A stretch of DNA of 64,000 nt. Source: Candidatus Melainabacteria bacterium 17Bon1m. Lineage in GTDB: Bacteria > Cyanobacteriota > Vampirovibrionia > Obscuribacterales > Obscuribacteraceae. The translations under genes were made by a program, and so were the position numbers. Location of the stretch: assembly GCA_032128875.1 (NCBI GenBank), contig JAVLKG010000003.1:257008-321007 (forward strand), read 5' to 3'. The first letter of the stretch is position 1. Every line of letters begins with the position of its first letter. Below, piece by piece: positions 38,837 to 48,490 of the stretch. The notes beneath the pieces are model-generated. The model was given only the letters and a program-made list of their open reading frames with translations. It did no database searches and was not told the DNA's origin.

Positions 38837-41800
38837 CTAAGGCACGCCCCAGCCGCCGCCTCCAGGCGTTTCAATCTGGATGCTGTCGCCACTTTCAACA
38901 TTCACTGTGATTGTCCCGGGCAAGATTTCTTCACTGCCGTCTTTCTTGATCCATTTGTTGATACCGCGCTTGCCGGGCAGTCCGCCATGCATTCCGAATG
39001 GCTCGGCGACGCGTCTTTGCGAGAGGATGGAAACACTCATTGGAGTAAGAAACTTTATGCGGCGTATTGATCCATCTCCGCCTCTATTCTTGCCGGCCCC
39101 TCCGCTATTTTTGCGAACGCTGAAGTGTTCAAGCAAAACCGGGTAGCGAAGTTCTAAAACTTCCGGGTCTGTGAGCCGTGAATTTGTCATGTGCGTATGG
39201 ACGGCGCTGCTGCCTGCATAATCTGCTCCCGCTCCTGCGCCACCACATATGGTTTCGTAGTATTGCAGCTCGTCGTTGCCGAACGTGAGATTATTCATGG
39301 TCCCTTGTGCCGCTGCCATTAAGTCCATGGCTGCATAGAGAGTATCAACTAGGATTTGCGAGGTTTCGACATTGCCGGCCACAACAGCTGCCGGTGATTT
39401 GGGATTGAGAATGCAAGTCTCTGGAATTGAAAATTCAACCGGTTCTAAACATCCGTCATTAAGAGGAATATTGTCATTGACGATAGTTCTAAAAACATAG
39501 AGCAATGCCGCTTTGCTGATAGCGAGCGGCGCATTCATATTGCCTTTGTGTTGGGGGCTGGTGCCTGAAAAACTAACCTTGACGGTCTCGTCTTTCCTGT
39601 CGACTTTGACGCTTACGACAATTTTGGAACCATCGTCCAATTCGCCGGAGAATTGCCCTTCGCTGATTTTTCCTAAAGCACGACGCACAGACGATGCGGC
39701 ATTGTCGCGCACAAATTGCATGTAGGACTCAACCACGCCCAGTTCGTATCGATCGCACAGGCGCACCAGGGCATCAGCACCGCACTTGTTGGCGGCAATT
39801 TGCGCGGTGAGGTCGGCGATGTTTTGCGCCGGATTGCGAGCCGGGAATTTTGCTGCGAGCAGTTCCTTTAGCAGAGCTTCTTCGTTGAGTTGTCCTTCCT
39901 TGGCTAAATGAAAATGACTGAAAACAACGCCTTCTTCTTCGATGTGCTTGCTTGCCGGCGGCATCGAGCCCGGAGTTATTCCGCCGATGTCCGCGTGGTG
40001 CCCGCGCGATGCGACGAAAAAGTCTGGTGTGGTGAAATTTGCATTGTTACGCCTGGCAAAAACAGGAGAAATCGCGGTGACATCGGGCAAATGCGTGCCG
40101 CCCAAGTATGGGTTGTTGATAATGAACGTGTCGCCCGGAGCCAGCTTTCCTGCTTTCTCTCGCATCAGGGATTGCACGCTCTCACTCATAGAGCCAAGAT
40201 GAACAGGGATATGTGGAGCGTTGGCGATTAATTTGCCCTGTCTGTCGAAAATCGCGCACGAGAAATCGAGTCGCTCTTTGATGTTGACGGAGTGGCTCGT
40301 GTTTTGCAGAACTATCCCCATCTCTTCGGCGATGGACATCAAACGATTGCTGAAGAGTTCGAGCTTGATTGGGTCTGCTTTTGTGGCATGTGCGCGGTTT
40401 TCGGCGTCGAGTCCATAGACTTCCGTTGCTGCCTCGGTTTTCTCAAGAATTAGAAAGCCCCGTTCGTCTACTCTTAATGCCCAGCCTGGATCGACGACTG
40501 TCGTGGCCGTGTCTTCGGCAATGATTGCGGGCCCATTGATTTTGGCGTCTTGAGTGAGTTGGGCGCGATTAAAAACCTTAGCGTCCTGCCATTTGCCGCC
40601 GCAAAAGAGCTGCACTGAATCGACCGGTTTTGCGTCCCCCGTTTTGGCGATCTTGCTCGAGCCGCATTCTGCGTTCTGTCCCTTCGAAATCACTTCTGCC
40701 GAAATGCTTTCAATGACAATTGGTTTGTCGGTAATGAAGCCGTAGCGCTTGTGGTGAAAGGTCTCGAAAACTTTTCTGCTTTCGGCTTCGCTCTTCAGTG
40801 GGACAAAAATGGCTGCATCCGTTCCGCGATATCGCAGATGCAGACCGAATGAAGTTTCCAGGTTTTCCGATTTCAGTCCGTGTGATTCGAGTGTCGCTGT
40901 CGCCTTGGCTGCGAGTTCTGCTTTTGTTTTTTCCAGCTTCGACAAATTTTCCTTGTTGAATTCTTCTTCGACAGCGGCCTGGGCAATTTCGACCGTGTCA
41001 GCAATTCCGATTCCGAAGGCGGAGAGCACACCCGCTAGCGGGTGCAGCAAGACTGTCTTGATGTTCAACTCGTCTGCGATTTGGCAGGCGTGCTGTCCTC
41101 CAGCCCCTCCGAATGCGCAGAGTGCCGAGGCGTCAAGGTCATGTCCCTTCTCAGTGGAGATTTTGCGGACCGCGTTTGCCATTATCTCCACGGCGATTTT
41201 CAAATATCCCTCGGCGACAAGCTCTGGGGCGGTCAAACTATTTGAATCTTTTTCCGAAGCCAGAGCCCCACTAGAATCAGCCCTGGCAATCTCCCTGGTG
41301 AGTGCGGCAAACTTCTCTTTTACAATTACAGTATCGAGCGGTTGATCGTGATGCTTTCCAAAGATGGATGGGAAAAATTTCGGTTGAATGCGACCGAGCA
41401 AGAGGTTGGCATCGGTGACTGTTAAAGGACCACCACTTCGATAGCAGGCAGGTCCTGGATTCGCTCCTGCCGACTGGGGACCGACCCTGCAGCGTTCGCC
41501 ATCAAAGGTGAGGATAGAACCACCACCGGCAGCTACGGTGTGCACCGCCATCATTGGTGTTCGGATTTTGACTCCTTGAATGTCGGTCTCTGAAGTACGC
41601 TCAAAGTATCCGTCATAGTGGCAAACGTCTGTCGAGGTGCCACCCATATCGAAGCCGATTACATGATTGAAACCAGCCAGCGCGGAGGCTCTGGCTGCTG
41701 CCACCACGCCACCAGCCGGACCGGACAGCAGACAATCGCGCCCGCGAAAGTTCATGGCAGGCGTCAATCCACCGTTTGATTGCATGAAATAAAGCTTTGA

Positions 41801-42556
41801 GCCAGGCAGCATTCCAGTGATAGTTTGCAAATATCGATTGAGCAGAGGAGTCAAGTAGGCATCGACTACAGTGGTATCTCCTCTGCTGACAAAACGAATG
41901 AGCGGACTGACTTCGCTGGAGGCAGAAACTTGCTCAAAACCCAGCCGCAGCGCCAACTCTTTGATCTTCTTTTCGTGCGCGTCGAACCGATAAGCGTGCA
42001 TAAAAACAATGGCTATCGATTTGATGCCGGATTCGAGTATTTCTCTCAATTGCTTTTCTGCATCTGGAAGATCGAGCGCTTCAATTTCGTTTCCTTCCGC
42101 ATCAAAACGACCGTGCAGCTCGATGGCTTTTTCAAAGAGCATTTCTGGCAGTGTTATAGCCAGAGCAAAAATGTCTGGTCTATTCTGGTAGCCGATGCGC
42201 AGCGCGTCTTTGAAGCCGTGGTTTGTGATAATCGCACAACGATCGCCTCGACGTTGCAGCAAGGCATTTGTGCCGATCGTCGTGCCAATTCTCGCGACAG
42301 AAATTTTGTCGCTAAGGCATGGAGCGTCTGCCTTATTTTCGGCTACTGCCTCGCCTTTTTCGGCAAGCGCAACTAATCGCCTCATGCCCTCAACAGTGGC
42401 ATCGGCGTACTGACCTGGTGATTCCGACAGTAGTTTAGTAACGAGAAGATGTTCGGGGTGTTTTTTTGATCGACCGATGACATCTGTGAAGGTGCCACCA
42501 CGATCGATCCAGAACTCCCAATCTTGAGAGTCGTTGATGTTGTTCGCCACGACCAA
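38837..42556 (-). CDS. ATP-dependent 5-oxoprolinase (fused hydantoinase A/B)
   Basis: IDRGGTFTD, SGPAGG, DMGGTSTDV, TVAAGGGS, NIKERLDFSCA, HIPVHLG, TNSRLTDPE, TPGGGG. Confidence 0.95.
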   Translation of the reverse strand: MVVANNINDSQDWEFWIDRGGTFTDVIGRSKKHPEHLLVTKLLSESPGQYADATVEGMRRLVALAEKGEAVAENKADAPCLSDKISVARIGTTIGTNALLQRRGDRCAIITNHGFKDALRIGYQNRPDIFALAITLPEMLFEKAIELHGRFDAEGNEIEALDLPDAEKQLREILESGIKSIAIVFMHAYRFDAHEKKIKELALRLGFEQVSASSEVSPLIRFVSRGDTTVVDAYLTPLLNRYLQTITGMLPGSKLYFMQSNGGLTPAMNFRGRDCLLSGPAGGVVAAARASALAGFNHVIGFDMGGTSTDVCHYDGYFERTSETDIQGVKIRTPMMAVHTVAAGGGSILTFDGERCRVGPQSAGANPGPACYRSGGPLTVTDANLLLGRIQPKFFPSIFGKHHDQPLDTVIVKEKFAALTREIARADSSGALASEKDSNSLTAPELVAEGYLKIAVEIMANAVRKISTEKGHDLDASALCAFGGAGGQHACQIADELNIKTVLLHPLAGVLSAFGIGIADTVEIAQAAVEEEFNKENLSKLEKTKAELAAKATATLESHGLKSENLETSFGLHLRYRGTDAAIFVPLKSEAESRKVFETFHHKRYGFITDKPIVIESISAEVISKGQNAECGSSKIAKTGDAKPVDSVQLFCGGKWQDAKVFNRAQLTQDAKINGPAIIAEDTATTVVDPGWALRVDERGFLILEKTEAATEVYGLDAENRAHATKADPIKLELFSNRLMSIAEEMGIVLQNTSHSVNIKERLDFSCAIFDRQGKLIANAPHIPVHLGSMSESVQSLMREKAGKLAPGDTFIINNPYLGGTHLPDVTAISPVFARRNNANFTTPDFFVASRGHHADIGGITPGSMPPASKHIEEEGVVFSHFHLAKEGQLNEEALLKELLAAKFPARNPAQNIADLTAQIAANKCGADALVRLCDRYELGVVESYMQFVRDNAASSVRRALGKISEGQFSGELDDGSKIVVSVKVDRKDETVKVSFSGTSPQHKGNMNAPLAISKAALLYVFRTIVNDNIPLNDGCLEPVEFSIPETCILNPKSPAAVVAGNVETSQILVDTLYAAMDLMAAAQGTMNNLTFGNDELQYYETICGGAGAGADYAGSSAVHTHMTNSRLTDPEVLELRYPVLLEHFSVRKNSGGAGKNRGGDGSIRRIKFLTPMSVSILSQRRVAEPFGMHGGLPGKRGINKWIKKDGSEEILPGTITVNVESGDSIQIETPGGGGWGVP

Positions 42557-42629
42557 ATCCCTGAAGGGATCAGTAGTTTATCTCATCTGCCCCGGAGGAC
42601 GTGAGATAGTCGGAGCGAAACTGCCAAAG

Positions 42630-42845
42630 TTAGGACGCCGTTGTGGAGGCGGCAGCCAGGTTGTTCAATTGGCTAGTCACACAAGAAAAGGCTGCTGATA
42701 TCGCCGGCGACAATTTGCCTGGAGCAAACGCGAAGACGCATGCAACGAGCACAGCTACGAAAGCCAACATCGCTGCGTATTCAGTAATAGCCTGTCCCGA
42801 ACGCCTGTTTCGTCTCTTGGTAAATGATTTAAATCTGGATTTCAT
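42630..42845 (-). CDS. Flp/Fap (type IVc) prepilin
   Basis: Basic leader RRNRRSG/QAITEYAAMLAFVAV with cleavage Gly, E5-Y6 and hydrophobic helix; 71 aa. Confidence 0.88.
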   Translation of the reverse strand: MKSRFKSFTKRRNRRSGQAITEYAAMLAFVAVLVACVFAFAPGKLSPAISAAFSCVTSQLNNLAAASTTAS

Positions 42846-43373
42846 ATCTAGAACTCTGGGGACTTAGGAAAGTATAAGTGGGGTTTTTTCGATATGGACA
42901 GCGGCTGACGCATATCCACTATGACATAGCACTGAGACTTTATGGTTCTTTGGACTTAGAAAGTTGAACGGCAAAAAGACGTGCCGGCTAAAACCGGACG
43001 TTTTGTAGACTCAGTGGAGCAGGCTGTGTTCACCAAAAAAGGTTTCAGGATAGATCGGCACCGAACTCGGTGGTACCCTTCTGCGTCTCATCAAAGCACT
43101 TAATTGACAAAATCACAGCCGCGATTCTCCACCTGCTCTTGTCGATTGACAGAGCGTGAGTCGCAAATTGAATTGGTGGGATTACGGCACTAATAGATTT
43201 GTGCCCAACCGACCTATAAAAGAAACGCCGAAGATGATCCTGCCTGATTTTGACAAACCCTCATACAGCCAGCTTTTCGGGTTGTTGAGCGGACCGACTT
43301 AAATTAAGTATTGGTAATTATTGTTGTCGCTGACTGGCTGTGAGCTGGGTGGTGCCCTGTCACGAATTGAAAC

Positions 43374-44243
43374 TCAAGCAGAGATTGGGAGTTTTAGTTG
43401 AGTTGCAGTCCTTTGATAGGAGCCAATCGCGGAGCCGCCAGGTGTGTGTGTGCGGGAGGCTGGCGGCGCCGCAATAGCCCTATTCGAGGAACGTGGTTGA
43501 GGGAAAGCTTTGGCGATTTTTTGCATCGTCATCAGGTAGGTGACCGGTTTGAAAAAATCTGCGTATTTGATCAACAGCTCTGGGCTGCGATTAACTTCAG
43601 GCCATCGCGCTTCATCTATCCAAACGCGCTTGACGTGAGGTGCGAGCAACTCGATCAAGCGATCTGTATTGTGGGGAAGTAGCGGTGCCAGAGAAGCGAA
43701 AACTTCTACTCCGGCACCGCTTAGCGCGCGAATAAGCTCTAAACGGCGGGTGATTGATGGAGCCTGAGGCTCAAACTCTCTGGAGATTTCGTCGCTGTCG
43801 GTCGTGATACTCACGCCAACTGAAACGCGATCTCCAAACTTGGCGATCAAATCTATGTCGCGCATCATCAGATGACTGCGCGTGTGAATAGTCAGGCGCT
43901 TGGGCGGATAGTTGAGCAACTCTTGCAAGCATGCTCGCGTCACTCCGTACTTCAGCTCTGCGTACTGATATGGATCGGTTGCTGACCCAAAAAAGATGCG
44001 GCTGCCAAATACGCGAGCCCGATCTTTTTGAATCAGCTCGGCTGCATTTGTCTTTACTTCCACCCAATTTCCCCACTCCGAAAGGCTGTGTCGAGCATTA
44101 GGAAATTTAGGAACGTAGCAGTATGAGCATGCGAACGCGCAGCCCGCGTAAGGATTTAGCGTGTAGTCGTAACCGGCAGAAAGCGAACCCACCTTTTGTG
44201 GTGTCAATATCGATGTGGCTGTGATTTCTCGAACGAAAGCCAT
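43374..44243 (-). CDS. Radical SAM protein, SPL/SplB-like family (putative DNA repair)
   Basis: LNPYAGCAFACSYCY, SATDPYQ, TRS, VSITT, FEPQAPS..RRL. Confidence 0.88.
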   Translation of the reverse strand: MAFVREITATSILTPQKVGSLSAGYDYTLNPYAGCAFACSYCYVPKFPNARHSLSEWGNWVEVKTNAAELIQKDRARVFGSRIFFGSATDPYQYAELKYGVTRACLQELLNYPPKRLTIHTRSHLMMRDIDLIAKFGDRVSVGVSITTDSDEISREFEPQAPSITRRLELIRALSGAGVEVFASLAPLLPHNTDRLIELLAPHVKRVWIDEARWPEVNRSPELLIKYADFFKPVTYLMTMQKIAKAFPQPRSSNRAIAAPPASRTHTPGGSAIGSYQRTATQLKLPISA

Positions 44244-44334
44244 GGCGAAACATCCTTTCCGGGGTTGCTCGTCGGAAGTCGGAAGGCATTGGAGCGCCCT
44301 TCCTTATTGTCTAAATTTCTCAAGCTGCAAAACG

Positions 44335-44363
44335 AGTGTACCATATGGACGTATGGTACGCAA
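44335..44363 (-). promoter_or_regulatory. Sigma70 promoter of the radical SAM gene with overlapping palindrome
   Basis: Minus strand TTGCGT, 17 bp, extended TGn-TACACT; palindrome GTACCATA-N6-TATGGTAC at 44338-44359. Confidence 0.65.
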
Positions 44364-44488
44364 GAAGATCTATACTGTTGGGCCTGGAGCCCTTTCATTA
44401 GGCTGCCAGATTCCGGCTAGCGTGCCGGTCTGGAGCGCTTGCACTGCGGCGCCACACTACCCATACACATACAAACGGATTGAAAGAA

Positions 44489-45103
44489 ATGGCTGAGGAC
44501 ACCCCGACCGCAACTGAGCTGAATTTAGAGAAAGAACTGGCAGACTGGCTGTCTCTCAGCGAGCAGGGGCATGCCGCATACGGGCGTCGCAAACTTGTAC
44601 CTGCTGAATTGAAGTTCAAAGACGCGGTGGCAATTGTCGAGAAGCTTTGCAACGAGCCTGCATATAAAGATGATGAGGAATTGAAGAGCAAGCTCGGCAA
44701 GAGCCTGAACAACCTCGGAGCCGTCTATCACGCTCAAGGCAAGTTCGGTCTGGCAGAAGAGGCATATCAAAAGGCACTCGATCTAAAAATCCAATTGTTC
44801 GGGGAAGAACACTTTGAAACGGCGCCGTGCTATCAGAATCTTGCTGCTGTCCACAGCGCTCGCGTTCAGTACGACAAAGCTGAGCCCCTGTATTTGAAGG
44901 CAATAGCTATTAAAGAAAAACACTACGGAAAAGACTCTGAGGAGCTTCTCACGCCTTTGAAAAACCTTCTCATGCTCCTCGACAAGATGGAGCGAAAGGA
45001 AGAGGCAGAACCGCTTAGAGAGCGCATTAAGAACCTCGAGCCGCCGCCGGTAAATCCTGGTGATATCTGGCAGAGCGTTCAGCTGATCAAAAAGGACAAC
45101 TAG
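44489..45103 (+). CDS. TPR protein
   Basis: KSLNNLGAVYHAQGKFGLAEEAYQKAL and similar units. Confidence 0.88.
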   Translation: MAEDTPTATELNLEKELADWLSLSEQGHAAYGRRKLVPAELKFKDAVAIVEKLCNEPAYKDDEELKSKLGKSLNNLGAVYHAQGKFGLAEEAYQKALDLKIQLFGEEHFETAPCYQNLAAVHSARVQYDKAEPLYLKAIAIKEKHYGKDSEELLTPLKNLLMLLDKMERKEEAEPLRERIKNLEPPPVNPGDIWQSVQLIKKDN

Positions 45104-45153
45104 AATCTCGGATGCTCGCGGCTGAAGAAGTTAGTCAGCCGCAGCTCTCGTGC

Positions 45154-47529
45154 CTAGCCCAGAGGCAGAGAAAAATAGACTATCGTGCCGCGTCCGGCGC
45201 CTGATTCCGCCCAGGCTCTTCCGCCGACACGCTCGACATTATTGCGCGCCAGGTACATCGAAAGTCTGGAGCTGTAGGTGTCCTCCGAGTGTTTACCTTG
45301 AATAAATCCCGAGAATACATCGGCGATTTCTTCTTCCGGCAATGACGGTCCGGAGCTCGAAACCCCGATGCGCAGCTCACTTCCTTTTGCTTGCGCTTCT
45401 ACGCGCACGCGACCACCCGGTGCCGTGATGGTGATCATTTTTTCCAGCATGGGTAAAAGAATCGCCTTGAAGGTTTCTTTATTGCCACTGATATTAGGCA
45501 GTCCCGGCACGCTCTTGTAGTCGAGTGCCAGCTGTCGATCGCGCGCCAACGGTGCTGATTCTTCGAGACATTCGGCAATCACTCGCGTGACCATGATTTG
45601 TTCGCGCTGCATCTGCACTGCAGGCGGTGGCACAAACCCGCCGTACATCATAAGCAAGCTGTCGACAACTCCTAAGAGTTGTTCGTAATGGACATGCAAT
45701 TCGGCTAGCGTCTGGCCGACGGAAGGATGCATGGATTGAGCCGCATTGCTCAAAATGACGTTCCAGCGCTCTTCTCCGGCAACCAAGCTGGCGCGGATAT
45801 TGTCGTTGAGCATGGCGACAATTTCTGTTTTAAGCTGAGTGTTTTCGTTGCGAACTGATTTATCGCGCAAGACCATCACATAGCCTTGAATACTGTTGTC
45901 GTCACTGACAATCGGCTGCAGGTGCGCAAGAACCTCAACCTGCTTATTCTCCCAACGGTGAAAAACAACGCCCTCTGGATAAAACTGATTGATGAGCGCG
46001 TTGGGATCTCCGCCATGTGTCGCAAAAACTTCGCCATGCGATTGGCTGTTTCTGGTTTCGCCAGGTCGTCTGACCAAATCAAAACAGAGCCGCCCGGCAA
46101 TTTCTGCTTCTGTGACGCCCATCCAGTGCAGGAAAACCGGGTTAGCAGAAATTACGTTGCCGAATTGATCGAGGATCAAAAATCCTTCGGTCGAAACTTG
46201 CAGGATACAATCGAGTTTGTGCTGCAGTATCACAGCCTGGCGGTTGGCGAAGTTTATCTGTTTAGAAACTTCGGATAATTGCTTTGCTTGAGTCGAATAT
46301 TGGCGGTTGAGCGTTTCTACCTGCTGGTTTGCTGCATCGAGCGAGCGGTTTTGTGCATCAACTTCCTCCGCCTGTCTTTGTATTTGCGTCTTCAAGTTGT
46401 TGACGGTCTGACGCATCGAAACGACCGAGGTGTCGATCAACTCGCCCAGCTCCAGCCAGTCTCCGGAGAGCCCTTCCAGAGCCGGCAGCACTTGTCGCTG
46501 GCTGGCCAATTCGTTGGTTCTGCGAATGAGGAAGCGCAGAGGTTTGTTGACGCCTTTTGAAATTCCGGCTGAAAAAAGTAGTGCGACCAGAAATGCAAGA
46601 GCGCCGCAAGAAGCCGCAAGGATACTGACATTGATGGCTCTCTGCACCATGTTCTCTACAGGAGTCGTGGCCATGATAATCGCAATGCTCTGGTGCTCGT
46701 TTAGGTCTTCGACCTGCAAGTCTCGCCAGAGTCTGCCACTTTCTTCAAATCCGGCATTTGAATTTTGGAATGCTGCAAGCGGGCCGGATTTTGAGGGTAG
46801 CGCTTTGACCCCGTGTTCTTCGAGGTTCTTCAAAAACGGTGTGGATTTTTTGACCAGTCCGGGCGAAACAGCTATCAGTTGCCCGCCTTTAGATGCCTTG
46901 CTGTTGCAAGCCACCAGAGCCAGGTCTATGCCCGCCAGGCGCGTTGGATCCATGGTTTGGAGCTTGGTGGTCATGCCGGTCAAAAACTCTGTATTGAGTG
47001 TCTGGCTGGCAATCATTACGCCTGCGACGCGATTGCCGAGGCGGATTGGTACCATGCTCGACAGTCCAAGGGTGCCGGGTTGCGTGAATGACGCGGCGCC
47101 GCCGTAGGACTTGTTATTGCGGAAGACGAAATCGACACCAGGACTGTTAGCCCTGGCGTCATAACCCGACTGTTTTGGCGAGTCGGAGCTGTAAAATACT
47201 TTGCCTTTTTCGTCGATTATGGTCACGTAACCACTGAAGCCGGTCTTCAGGACTACATCCTTCAGCGCTGTGCCGAAAGCGGCTTTGTCTCCGCGCGAGA
47301 ATGGGCCCATCAGGGCCTGGTCACCGACCATCTGCATAGCAAAGGCTTCGTTGGCTTTAAGAATCGAGCTCAAGTCGACTTTGACCTGTTTTATAGCCTC
47401 GCCAAGCTTCATGGAGGCTGTTTCTCGATTGTTTTTATAGTCGTTGTAGGTCGAGCTTACGGCGTGCCCGCAGACCATGAACATGATCACGAACAGGAAA
47501 CCAAAAGTAATTTTTGCGCTCAGTCCCAA
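45154..47529 (-). CDS. Membrane sensor (Cache-like, HAMP/coiled coil, PAS) with degenerate HisKA/HATPase: pseudo-histidine kinase
   Basis: Two TM helices; PAS (EGFLILDQFGNVISANP..EIAGR); H-box MLNDNIRASL; N-box MLEKMI; G1 VSSSGP; G2 YSSRLSM; GRAWAES.GRGT. Confidence 0.85.
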   Translation of the reverse strand: MGLSAKITFGFLFVIMFMVCGHAVSSTYNDYKNNRETASMKLGEAIKQVKVDLSSILKANEAFAMQMVGDQALMGPFSRGDKAAFGTALKDVVLKTGFSGYVTIIDEKGKVFYSSDSPKQSGYDARANSPGVDFVFRNNKSYGGAASFTQPGTLGLSSMVPIRLGNRVAGVMIASQTLNTEFLTGMTTKLQTMDPTRLAGIDLALVACNSKASKGGQLIAVSPGLVKKSTPFLKNLEEHGVKALPSKSGPLAAFQNSNAGFEESGRLWRDLQVEDLNEHQSIAIIMATTPVENMVQRAINVSILAASCGALAFLVALLFSAGISKGVNKPLRFLIRRTNELASQRQVLPALEGLSGDWLELGELIDTSVVSMRQTVNNLKTQIQRQAEEVDAQNRSLDAANQQVETLNRQYSTQAKQLSEVSKQINFANRQAVILQHKLDCILQVSTEGFLILDQFGNVISANPVFLHWMGVTEAEIAGRLCFDLVRRPGETRNSQSHGEVFATHGGDPNALINQFYPEGVVFHRWENKQVEVLAHLQPIVSDDNSIQGYVMVLRDKSVRNENTQLKTEIVAMLNDNIRASLVAGEERWNVILSNAAQSMHPSVGQTLAELHVHYEQLLGVVDSLLMMYGGFVPPPAVQMQREQIMVTRVIAECLEESAPLARDRQLALDYKSVPGLPNISGNKETFKAILLPMLEKMITITAPGGRVRVEAQAKGSELRIGVSSSGPSLPEEEIADVFSGFIQGKHSEDTYSSRLSMYLARNNVERVGGRAWAESGAGRGTIVYFSLPLG

Positions 47530-47748
47530 TGAAAAATCACGCTAAAAGCTGAAGTAAAAGCCAAAGGTACTTTTTATGAGAAGCTCACAAAAAGTTTTCC
47601 CATTAGAAGTTTATCCACTTTCTAAAGTATCTAAGCGTGATCAGCAGAAAAACGGTGTTTCTCTGGACAGATGTTAAGTGGTGGGGCAAACCTTGTCATT
47701 GGGGTTTACCCGGAAAATCTTGATTGTTGGGCAGGCGCCCAGTAAAGA

Positions 47749-48075
47749 CTAGTCTTCGTCGTCGAAATCGTCGTCGTCGTCGTCCAAGTCATCCAACGGA
47801 GCACGTTTGCGATACTCAGACTGCACTTGAATTCCGCGAATCAGCTGATTAGGTCCGCAGTAGCCAAGCTCCAGCAAAATTTGTCCCAATGCTTTCTGCT
47901 CGTTTCCTTTAGCAGCGTCGTCGCGTTGAATTGTCAGCGCCTCTTCGAGCTGATAGAGGGTTATAAAACCCAACTCCACCAAAATTTGCCCAAGAAGCGT
48001 TCTGTTTTCAATGGACGAACCGGACTCTTTGGTCTCTTTCGGCTCTTTCGGATCTTTTGACGGGCTTTTCTTCAT
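47749..48075 (-). CDS. Stand-alone MshEN-like protein with acidic tail
   Basis: LLGQILVELGFITLYQLEEALTIQ and ALGQILLELGYCGPNQLIRGIQVQ. Confidence 0.75.
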   Translation of the reverse strand: MKKSPSKDPKEPKETKESGSSIENRTLLGQILVELGFITLYQLEEALTIQRDDAAKGNEQKALGQILLELGYCGPNQLIRGIQVQSEYRKRAPLDDLDDDDDDFDDED

Positions 48076-48135
48076 TTTTTCGCCTTGGCGACTGGGATGT
48101 TATTACTGGATATTTCCAGAATAGGACAAAATCAA

Positions 48136-48224
48136 ACCGCTGGACACACCCGTAGGTATCAACTTATGGCTGCTGGGTTTCCCCCCTGACCAGGTTCGTC
48201 GGCCTACGCCGCGCCCAGCGATCT
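48136..48224 (-). ncRNA. ffs: Signal recognition particle RNA (4.5S, small bacterial type)
   Basis: Minus strand GAACCUGGUCAGGGGGGAAACCCAGCAGCCAUAAG (domain IV motif) closed by CGCUGGGCGC..CGUAGG/CCUACG..GUGUCCAGCG; TATAAT at 48235-48240. Confidence 0.9.
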
Positions 48225-48490
48225 GTAACGGGGAATTATAGACGATTTGAGTAAATAAAGGCCCTAACTGTAATGGCAAGTGATCATGAAAGTCGCTGCC
48301 CGGTGTCCGGTTCTTGTCAGCTTAAATCAAGCTTGCGCGTGAATGTTGTTACCCTGCAATCTTGTAAAATCTGACACTGCAGTTAGCCACGAAATGCGCG
48401 TGCCTCGATGTTATCGCACCGTATATGGTGTCACTCTTTGGTTTGGAAGTCTGCTGCGCGTTTATATTTCGGTTGTCTTATGGAGGTTCC

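Noticed and set aside
42846..43373. c-di-GMP riboswitch upstream of the Flp pilin
   Set aside because: Could not find the GGCAAA..GAAA..GACGCAAA core on the minus strand; an Rfam scan is needed to exclude it fully.
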